A stretch of 43,272 nt of DNA from assembly GCA_026396615.1 (NCBI GenBank), contig JAPLWK010000009.1, positions 1 to 43,272 on the forward strand. Reading direction: 5' to 3'. Under the pieces are notes generated by a model that worked only from the letters and a program-made list of their open reading frames with translations, was not told the DNA's origin and ran no database searches. The translations under genes and the position numbers were made by a program. Of this stretch, positions 25,899 to 37,019 are shown piece after piece; position 1 is the first letter of the stretch; every line of letters starts with the position of its first letter. This stretch comes from a candidate division WWE3 bacterium. GTDB taxonomy: Bacteria > Patescibacteriota > WWE3 > JAPLWK01.

Positions 25899-28800
25899 AT
25901 TTCTTTTTTAAATTGGCCGTTTGCTCGGTCGGGATTAGACGCCCAATGATAACGTTCTCCTTAAGACCTAGGAGCCTGTCGACTTTACCAGAGGACGCGG
26001 CTTCTGTCAAAACAGTGGTCGTGGTCATGAAGGACGCCGCTGATAAGAAACTAGCGGTTTCTAAAGCCGACTTGGTAATCCCCAGGATTATGATACGACC
26101 CACAGCCGGTTCCCCACCGGAAGCGAGGACTCGATTATTGGTGGCTTCGAAGTCGGAGCGATTGGTAATTTCATCGATCAAAAGATCGGTATCACCAATA
26201 GTTTCGATTTGGACTTTATTAAACATCTGTCTGGCAATTACTTCTACATGCTTGTCATTAAGGAGTACCCCTTGAGAAGCGTAGACTCGTTGAATTTCAT
26301 TAATAATGTAAGTCTCTGTTTGGGCCACCCCCACGACAGAAAGCAATTCCCGTAAATCTAAATGACCGGCTGTTAATGGCGTGCCTGGTAGAACCTGGAC
26401 CCCAGCCTTAACTATGATCTCCGTCGTCTGGGCCACACTGTAGGTGACGTCAAGCTCTTTTTTATCAACCGGATGAACGATTATTTGACGAACTTCGCCA
26501 TCCTCAACCAGTTCCACATTACCGGCAATCTCGCTCATTACGGCTAATTGTTTAGGAATTCGGGCCTCAAAGACCTCATCAATCCGCGGAATGCCTTGAG
26601 TAATATCCTTAACTCCGACTAGTCCTCCGGTATGGAAGGTTCTTAAAGTGAGCTGGGTACCCGGTTCGCCAATAGCTTGAGCGGCAATCACCCCGACAGC
26701 AGAGCCTTCGTGAACTAAATTACCGGTTAACAAATCAGTGCCGTAACATTTCGTGCAAACACCAAAATGAGTCTTGCAAGTTAGCGGTGACCGAACGATC
26801 ACGGAATCGATTTTGGAAGCCGAAATTATCTCCGCTAAATCAACGGTCACTAACGTATTAGCCCGAGCCAGCACCTTGTGGCCCTCGGTAACGTCATTTA
26901 ATAAATAACGACCCACCAGTCGATCCCCAAAAGAGGCGATAAAAGTTTCATCGTCGCGATTGACGGCGCGGCCATCGGTAGTTCCACAATCGTCTTCGCG
27001 AATAATCGCGTCCTGAGCCACATCCACTAAACGACGAGTTAAGTAACCGGCATCAGCGGTTAATAAAGCCTTATCGGTAAGCACTTTACGAGTCCCTCGG
27101 GATGAGGAGAAGTATTCGGTGGTCGATAAACCTTCGACGTAGTTAGATAGGACCGGCATTTCTACGATTTCCCCGGTTGGCGTGGTCACTAAACCAAGCA
27201 TGCCGGAAATTTGCTTTAATTGTGACTTAGTACCCTTAACGCCACCGCTGCCAATCATAGTTTTAGCGACAGAATCAGCTGGTAGATTATCCCAAGCCAG
27301 TTTTTCAATATCATTCGAAACCGACTTCCAAATTTCGATCGCCAAACGAGTCTTTTCCGATGGAGTAATTAAACCGCGGTGATAGTTGCGATCAATTTCA
27401 GAAACTTTTTCAATCGCTGCGTTTAGTAACACCGTTTTCCCGGCCGGAATACTAAAGTCCGAGATAGCCAAGGAATACCCTGAAATAGTGCAGTATTTAA
27501 AGCCTAAACTCTTAAAAACATCGATAACGGCCACTGTCTCTTCTCGACCCAATTTAGCCAAAACTTCTTGAACTAAATTATCCGAGTTCTTACGATCAAA
27601 AGTTTGATTTCTAAATCCTAAAGACACCGGTAAGTTTTGATTAAAAATAATCCGACCGACCGTGGACTCAATAGTTTCGCCATTGATGCGCAGGTTTACT
27701 CGTTGACGAAGAGCGATGACACCACAAGCTTCGGCACTTAGAGCTTCCGTCGGTGTTAGAACGGATTTGTAGACAGGAAGCAATGTATCGGTGCTAGTTA
27801 AGTAATAAATTCCAAAAATCATTTCTCGGCCCGGGCCGTGCATAATTTCACCGGAACTAGGGCGTAGAATATTCAAAGGAGCAAGCATTATATCTTTGGT
27901 TTCGGCGATGGCGGCATCGGAAAGAGGCACGTGAACGGCCATTTGATCACCATCAAAGTCGGCATTAAAGCCCGGGCAAACGCAAGGATGCAATTGAATG
28001 GCGTTACCGGAAACTAATTTCGGATAAAAAGCTTGAATACCCAGACGCCATAAAGTAGGAGCGCGGTTAAGCATTACCGGATAATTAATGGTAATTTCTT
28101 CCAAAATATCCCATACGGCGGCGTCTCTGGTTTCCAAAAACATCTTGGCGCTTTTAATATTTGGAGCCAGTCCTCGCAATAATATTTCACGTAGCACGAA
28201 CGGTTTAAAAAGCTCCAAAGCCATCTCTTTGGGAAGTCCGCACTCGTTGAATTTTAATTCTGGACCGACAACAATGACTGAGCGACCGGAATAATCGACC
28301 CGCTTGCCTAGAAGATTAAGGCGAAACCTGCCCTGCTTGCCTTTTAACATATCTGATAGCGAACGCTCTTCCTTGTTGCCCTTACGAGGGGCGCTACGAC
28401 GTTGTTGACGAGGTGAGTCAAGCAAAGAATCGACTGCTTCTTGTAGCATTCGCTTTTCGTTACGAACGATAATTTCCGGGGCCCCTAAATCTAAAAGTCT
28501 TTTTAGACGATTGTTGCGGTTAATAACGCGACGATACAAATCATTTAAGTCAGACGTAGCAAAGCGACCGCCTTCAAGCTGCACCATAGGCCGCAAATCA
28601 GGCGGAATCACCGGGAGCATGCTCATAATCATCCACGTAGGATTGATCTTTGCGCGGCGCATTCCTTCAACCACCCGTAAGCGCTTAGTTAAGCGGACCA
28701 GTCGCTGCCCGTTGGCCTTTTCAATTTTAGAGCGTAAATCACGAGCAATTTCGGTAAGATCAAGCTTTTCAAGAACCCCAAGAATGGCCTCGGCTCCGGT

Positions 28801-28909
28801 TTTGATGACCGCGAACTGATCGGCAAAATCGGCTAATCTGGCATACTCACTATCACTTAAGGTCGCTAAATAAGTTAAATCCTCTAAACTACCTTCGAGT
28901 TTTTTAAAC

Positions 28910-28911
<2 letters not shown>
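25885..28911 (-). CDS. rpoC: RNA polymerase beta-prime subunit, C-terminal segment (frame continues upstream of the track start, no own start codon)
   Basis: The track ORF starts at an internal GTG (28674). The same frame is open up to 28975, and 28675-28911 encodes conserved beta-prime sequence (...[66 protein letters not shown]...). The catalytic NADFDGD motif lies downstream. Confidence 0.9.
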
Positions 28912-32877
<3,966 letters not shown>

Positions 32878-32979
32878 AAGTTTAGGAACGAAACATGGCG
32901 GTACTACTACTGCCTATCAAATCTAATCGGCTATCTAACTAATTGCGTTAATATTGGAAACCATCACCTAAGTTAGTTA

Positions 32980-33007
32980 CTTTTACCACAAATGAGAATT
33001 TTGTCAA
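32980..33007 (-). promoter_or_regulatory. possible rpoB promoter
   Basis: On the minus strand: TTGACA (33007-33002), 16 nt, TGgTAAAAG (-10 at 32985-32980). The -10 is weak. Confidence 0.25.
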
Positions 33008-33200
33008 CTGTCAGTTTTAGTCTCGTCAAACTAACCAAATAAAAAACCCCGACTTTCATCGAGGTCAGTTAGTCCAGCTAGACCGCCTTTCGATGACCTT
33101 TCCCCTACCGAGAGATTTGTCGCTGGTAACTTGTTATAGCGGTATAATAAAATAGAAACCGTGGGAAACACAAACTCCCCCAATTTCTTGGAGGAGTTAA

Positions 33201-33265
33201 TGTTTAATCTACTTCAAATTAGTAACTTCGGGGAGGACGATTTTGCATCCTCTGCTTGTTACAAT
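33201..33265. repeat. direct repeat copy R1 (orphan copy of the zinc-ribbon gene 3' end)
   Basis: The 46-nt core 33220-33265 differs at one position (33240 A versus 33402 G) from 33382-33427. A further roughly 19 nt upstream (33201-33219) are about 80 percent similar to 33362-33381 with a 1-nt indel. Confidence 0.9.
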
Positions 33266-33321
33266 TTGAGCGCCTCGCGAGAATTGGTAGCGAGGCGAAG
33301 CCGAGCGTTAAAAATTAATAT

Positions 33322-33359
33322 AGAAAAAACAAAGATTCCCCGGTTTTACCCGAGGAATC
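33322..33359 (-). terminator. intrinsic terminator of the zinc-ribbon gene
   Basis: On the minus strand: ATTCCTCGG-gtaaaa-CCGGGGAAT followed by CTTTGTTTTTTC. Confidence 0.75.
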
Positions 33360-33361
33360 AG

Positions 33362-33427
33362 TGTTTAATTCACCTTCAGTTTAGTAACTTCGGGGAGGAC
33401 GGTTTTGCATCCTCTGCTTGTTACAAT
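33362..33427. repeat. direct repeat copy R2 (covers the last 15 codons, the stop and 19 nt downstream of the zinc-ribbon gene)
   Basis: See R1. It contains the hairpin GTAAC...GAGGA-loop-TCCTC...GTTAC. Confidence 0.9.
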
Positions 33428-33575
33428 CCCGACAGTAAATCTTTCCAAAAGTTCCATCCTGCTTTTTAGTAGGTTGGAAAGGAAGTTCAGTTACGGCGGC
33501 ATTGCATTGAGCGCAAGTTAATCCTAAAGAAGACACGTCAAACATTTGACGAGGAGCTCTTTGTTGATAATCCAT
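33381..33575 (-). CDS. small CxxC-x(n)-CxxC zinc-ribbon protein
   Basis: 64-aa ORF with CAQC...ELPFQP...IYCRDC, the pattern of the CxxC_CxxC small-protein family. It has its own strong promoter and terminator. Confidence 0.7.
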   Translation of the reverse strand: MDYQQRAPRQMFDVSSLGLTCAQCNAAVTELPFQPTKKQDGTFGKIYCRDCNKQRMQNRPPRSY

Positions 33576-33659
33576 TAGTATATAGTCACCTTCTTTCGTA
33601 AACGGGTGACTACTTCAAAAAGATTCGCAAGGAATCGTAACGAAATTATCACCTTCTAA
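33576..33659 (-). promoter_or_regulatory. structured 5' leader with SD sequestration hairpin
   Basis: The SD GAAGGTGA (plus-strand coordinates 33586-33593, 10 nt before the ATG) pairs with AGTCACCC (33604-33611). A second GAAGGTGA copy at 33649-33656 could compete for that pairing. Confidence 0.4.
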
Positions 33660-33665
33660 CCATAT

Positions 33666-33693
33666 ATTATAGCAGAAAACCGGCCAAAGTCAA
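33666..33693 (-). promoter_or_regulatory. strong sigma70-like promoter of the zinc-ribbon gene
   Basis: On the minus strand: TTGACT (33693-33688), 16 nt, TGcTATAAT (-10 at 33671-33666). Confidence 0.6.
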
Positions 33694-33702
33694 GGGTTTG
33701 TA

Positions 33703-34200
33703 CTACGAAATTTTTAGGATCCTAAAAGAGGTTTGGGAATTACCAGCCTTTAGGATTGCTTCTGACCCAACTTTTCGACCAAGTAGTGCTTGCCCAAGTG
33801 GTGAATCAAAAGAAATAAGTTTCTTGATCGGGTTGGCCTCCGTGGTGTCAACTACTTTAAAGGTTTCTTGACCGTGCTCGCTTTTCACTGTCACTTTGGA
33901 CCCGATGGCAACAATGTCACTTTCACCACTAGGGACAATTTTGGCGATTGTTAAAAGTGCTGTGATCTCGGCTTTTCGGCCCAGCAAAAAAGCCTGTTCT
34001 TCCTGAGCATTATCCCAAGCGTGGTTTTCCGGTAAATCGCCGAATGACGCTGTTAGCGCCAACTTTTTCGATAAAGCCGGTTGCTTCACTTTAATAATAT
34101 CTTTTAACTCTTTTTGCAGCTTTTTAACACTGTCGGCCGTAAGAATGACAGTTCGCGGTGTTTCCTCCTTAGTAGGTGTTTTAGTGCGAGATGTCGACAT
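33703..34200 (-). CDS. greA: transcription elongation factor GreA
   Basis: 165-aa ORF with coiled-coil and FKBP-like domains. ...FGDLPENHAWDNAQEEQ... and ...ISFDSPLGQALLGRKVG... align to GreA. TATAAT (34214-34209) lies 8 nt before the ATG. Confidence 0.85.
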   Translation of the reverse strand: MSTSRTKTPTKEETPRTVILTADSVKKLQKELKDIIKVKQPALSKKLALTASFGDLPENHAWDNAQEEQAFLLGRKAEITALLTIAKIVPSGESDIVAIGSKVTVKSEHGQETFKVVDTTEANPIKKLISFDSPLGQALLGRKVGSEAILKAGNSQTSFRILKIS

Positions 34201-34291
34201 AAGGCTACATTATATAGTAGTAAGAACGATTCATGAATCACCAGCAACCCAGGTGTTGACAAATAGTTGCTTCAAGAGGATTATATACTTA

Positions 34292-34702
34292 ATGCCAGAA
34301 AAAACTATCAACGCCACACCCATTCCGCCAGTCGCTCCGCAAACTCCACCGGTAGTTAAGCCGGCGGGAGAGACCGAAGACACGCGGACAATTGTCACGA
34401 TTCTACTTTTGATTTTTGTTTATCCGGTCGGGTTTGCGCTAATGTGGTTTTGGGCGAAATGGAAAAAATCGATTAAAGCCCTAGTGACCTGTATAACCTG
34501 TCTACCAATTTTGATCGCTATAATATTTTTCTTCGGCTCAATTTTGTTAGTGGCTATTAATCCTAAGGAAGCCCTCAACCGCGCCAACCAAATGCAACAA
34601 CAGCAACTTCAAAATTCCGAGCAGAACCTGCCGCTCAACAACGGTACGACACTTCCAGAGCCAGTCCTTCCATCAAGCGACACAAACGTACCATCTTACT
34701 AA
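34292..34702 (+). CDS. hypothetical two-TM membrane protein
   Basis: The track ORF was trimmed to the ATG at 34292, giving 136 aa: MPEKTINATPIPP..., two hydrophobic helices and a Gln-rich tail. Upstream are TTGACA (34255-34260), 18 nt, GATTAT, and then 7 nt to the ATG. Confidence 0.55.
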   Translation: MPEKTINATPIPPVAPQTPPVVKPAGETEDTRTIVTILLLIFVYPVGFALMWFWAKWKKSIKALVTCITCLPILIAIIFFFGSILLVAINPKEALNRANQMQQQQLQNSEQNLPLNNGTTLPEPVLPSSDTNVPSY

Positions 34703-34747
34703 CTTTCCGCAATCTTTCTTGTAAACACTAAACTAAAGTTTTGACAA

Positions 34748-34975
34748 CTACTGCGTAGGAGTCTTCTTAAAAAACAGTAGGTAAATAATCGGTAATACCC
34801 CAACGGTGTTCAGTAAAAACAAAGCCACAAACCAGCTTTTTTGATTATTTCGGCCGGCCTGCCACAGGGCCATACCTTTAAGGATCACATCGACTAAAAC
34901 CAAAATTATTAAAACCCAAGAATACTTAAAATAAAAATCAAGAATCGGTGAAGTAGCGGAAAGATTAGAGAGCAT
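34748..34975 (-). CDS. DUF5652-like small membrane protein
   Basis: 75-aa ORF. ...ILKGMALWQAGRNNQKSWFVALFLLNTVGVLPIIYLLFF... matches the pattern of a family common in Patescibacteria. Confidence 0.65.
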   Translation of the reverse strand: MLSNLSATSPILDFYFKYSWVLIILVLVDVILKGMALWQAGRNNQKSWFVALFLLNTVGVLPIIYLLFFKKTPTQ

Positions 34976-34981
34976 ATTTAA

Positions 34982-34987
34982 ATTATA
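34982..34987 (-). promoter_or_regulatory. -10 box, leaderless geometry (DUF5652 gene)
   Basis: On the minus strand: TATAAT, then 6 nt (TTAAAT), then the ATG at 34975. Confidence 0.45.
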
Positions 34988-35005
34988 TACCTAATAAAAA
35001 TGGCT

Positions 35006-35140
35006 GTGCCACGTTAAAGATTGGCGACAGGTTTACTAGTGGCGTAATAATTCTCGCTATGCTCGAATTAAACGCCACACTGTAAAAATCTAGACTCATT
35101 GCAAGCGAAGCTGCAATTCGCCAATATTTTTACGTGGTAC
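35006..35140. other. 135-nt branched inverted-repeat element (candidate structured RNA, complex terminator or MITE-like element)
   Basis: The closing arms GTGCCACGTTAAAGATTGGCGA (35006-35027) and TCGCCAATATTTTTACGTGGTAC (35118-35140) pair over about 20 bp. Inner hairpins are GTGGCGT/ACGCCAC (35039-35045 with 35072-35078) and ATTGCAAGC-gaa-GCTGCAAT (35098-35117). On the minus strand the element is followed by AGCCATTTTTATT. Confidence 0.5.
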
Positions 35141-35238
35141 CGCCTCGTCGAATACGTGAGCAACTACTACCAGACTACAGAAAACTATGCAACATCAAAG
35201 AGTACAAAGCTGTTCGGGAGACCACTGCAGAATTTTGT

Positions 35239-36468
35239 TTAGGCGGCTGAGGTTTCTTTAGCAGCGTGCCATCTGTATGCTCTTCTGAAGCCGTTGCTCT
35301 CGGCTTCGCCTACGGTTTGGCAGTATATCTCCCCCTTTGATTTTTCTATCTTAGTGTTGTCGTATTGCTGATCAAATGGCAAATGGTAAATTTTAGCGCC
35401 GTCAACCTTTGATATATTACATTTAATGCAAGGGTATTCGTTTAACATTTTAAACTTTTCTTTTATCTCTATACCCAGCTCACCACCGAACCGCCTAGCT
35501 AAATCTGATACCTCAGTTGTCGTATAGAAGACGGCGGTCACCTTTTTATTTGGGTTTTGATCTTTGTACTGAAAAACAGTCCCGAAGAATTGGAAAATAT
35601 GTTTTTCGAATATTGTTTTAAATTGCGACCAGTTTTTGCACTGTATTACCACTATTTCTTTTCCTTTAGCACAAATTAAGTCTCGACCTAAGTCTTCATA
35701 ACCCTTAAATATGCCGGTGTATTCGACATCATAGCCGGCCGTCTCGTACAAATATCCAACATACCGCTCATATAATCTACCCAACAACCATTTGGGCTTA
35801 TTGGGGCGCTTCCAAAACCGATCAAGTGCCATTTGATTTCTTTCCGCAGAGGAAAGTTTGTGATATTCGTCTTTTGTGAGGAAGTTTGTAACCGGGTCGG
35901 CGCTTTCTTCCTCACTATAACCAGCCGCTATTTCTTCGTTTTCATCAAATTCCTGCTCTTTGTAATCTAATAAAAATGGGGCTATGTTCTCGTAATACTC
36001 GATAATAGATTGAGTCACTCGTTGTGATGTTTCCGCTTCTCGTCTCCTCTTAGCTTCTAATTTGACGATTTCGGATGAAGAATACGCTGGGTGCGATTTT
36101 CTGGTTAGGTACCCAGAAAGTGCGTCGTCCATCAATTTTTCATAATTTGAAATATTCTTGAAGAGACTGGGAAATCCAGATGCCCGCTCTTTAAGTGATT
36201 GTCTCCACATACTCTCCTTGGCTTCAGAAGTTTCTAGCTTCTGTTTTAGTAAAGCGATGGCGATTTGTGTTTCAGAGCTGACCTTATCTACAAGCTCTTT
36301 ATATGTTCCGTATGCCACGAAAAATAGGAATACTCCTACCGACAATACCCCTAGCCAAAGACTACTAGTAAGTAAAAAATAAATAAATACAGGGATAACT
36401 AAAACCATGGAAGTCAGTCCATAAGAAAGAAGCTTTGCTAGGTATTTACTGGTGAATTGATTAAACAT
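35239..36468 (-). CDS. membrane-anchored Mrr-like (PD-(D/E)xK) restriction-endonuclease-fold protein with a C-terminal sunset-like domain
   Basis: 409-aa ORF with two N-terminal TM helices and a charged coiled-coil region. The nuclease core is ...YEDLGRDLICAKGKEIVVIQCKNW... The C-terminal KIYHLPFDQQYDNTKIEKSKGEIYCQTVGEAESNGFRRAYRW fits the YH-x-P...EA...G(F/Y)R motif seen at the ends of many nucleases. Confidence 0.6.
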   Translation of the reverse strand: MFNQFTSKYLAKLLSYGLTSMVLVIPVFIYFLLTSSLWLGVLSVGVFLFFVAYGTYKELVDKVSSETQIAIALLKQKLETSEAKESMWRQSLKERASGFPSLFKNISNYEKLMDDALSGYLTRKSHPAYSSSEIVKLEAKRRREAETSQRVTQSIIEYYENIAPFLLDYKEQEFDENEEIAAGYSEEESADPVTNFLTKDEYHKLSSAERNQMALDRFWKRPNKPKWLLGRLYERYVGYLYETAGYDVEYTGIFKGYEDLGRDLICAKGKEIVVIQCKNWSQFKTIFEKHIFQFFGTVFQYKDQNPNKKVTAVFYTTTEVSDLARRFGGELGIEIKEKFKMLNEYPCIKCNISKVDGAKIYHLPFDQQYDNTKIEKSKGEIYCQTVGEAESNGFRRAYRWHAAKETSAA

Positions 36469-36602
36469 TTGTAAATTAATTAGACACCTAATATATTACT
36501 ACGTTCGTTAATTAGTATAAAAGAGGAGGGCCACGATATTTTATTAACAATTCAGAGGACCTAACTCAGCACCTTAATTATCGCCGAATAAAGCTATTAC
36601 TA

Positions 36603-36611
36603 TGCTAAAAT
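36603..36611 (+). promoter_or_regulatory. extended -10 box, leaderless geometry (trypco2-like gene)
   Basis: TGcTAAAAT (36603-36611), then 6 nt (AACGGT), then the ATG at 36618. There is no SD. Confidence 0.45.
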
Positions 36612-36617
36612 AACGGT

Positions 36618-36917
36618 ATGAAGCTTGATGATTTTGTCGCCGGAGCCCTTTCCGATATAAATAAGGGATTATCGGATGCGAGTAAGGTGACTGGGAAAAG
36701 TTCTTATATAGAAATCTCTAGTCCGAACAACGGAGTACACTTCGATGTCGCAGTGACAACAGCGAACTCAACAGAGCAGTCCGCTGACGGTAAAATTGGT
36801 ATAGGTGTTATACAAGTTGTAGGTTTGGGAGTAAACGCTACAGTCAAGAATAATGATGCAAGTAGCGTGGTAAGCAGGATCCAGTTCACCGTAGTGGTAC
36901 CCCCAGACAGTAATTAA
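36618..36917 (+). CDS. small trypco2-like (trypsin-co-occurring domain 2-like) protein
   Basis: 99-aa ORF. It has an N-terminal helix (MKLDDFVAGALSDINKGLSDA) followed by beta-rich repeats (...VHFDVAVTT...IGIGVIQVVGLGVNATV...SRIQFTVVV), matching the remembered architecture of trypco2 proteins. Not verified by search. Confidence 0.45.
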   Translation: MKLDDFVAGALSDINKGLSDASKVTGKSSYIEISSPNNGVHFDVAVTTANSTEQSADGKIGIGVIQVVGLGVNATVKNNDASSVVSRIQFTVVVPPDSN

Positions 36918-37019
36918 TAAATAAGTAGAGTATATGGGATCAAATCGTAAATGGAATCATCTCGGTGGCGGTGTTTCCTGCTGCAACTCGACTTTGAGCT
37001 TTTATTCTAAAATCAACTT

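Noticed and set aside
33040-33100. A GAAAGTCGGGG string and the hairpin TCATCGA...TCGATGA followed by T6 on the minus strand were considered as an RNase P-like P4 motif or a known ncRNA.
   Set aside because: The match to the RNase P consensus is only partial, and none of the other conserved helices are present. More likely this is a terminator-like hairpin upstream of the rpoB promoter, and it is not assignable to any family by eye.
33161-33469. A plus-strand 102-aa ORF with two copies of LQ(I/F)SNFGED(D/G)FASSACYN was considered as a repeat-containing (RiPP-like) precursor peptide.
   Set aside because: The repeat is more simply explained as a duplication of the 3' end of the minus-strand zinc-ribbon gene. 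The ORF runs antisense through that gene's terminator and coding end, and no modification enzymes are adjacent. It is kept only as an alternative within the R1/R2 finding.
34228-34239. The 12-bp palindrome GATTCATGAATC lies in the greA / 34292 divergent promoter region and could be an operator.
   Set aside because: It is a single short palindrome in AT-rich DNA with no adjacent regulator gene. That is too little evidence to call a binding site.
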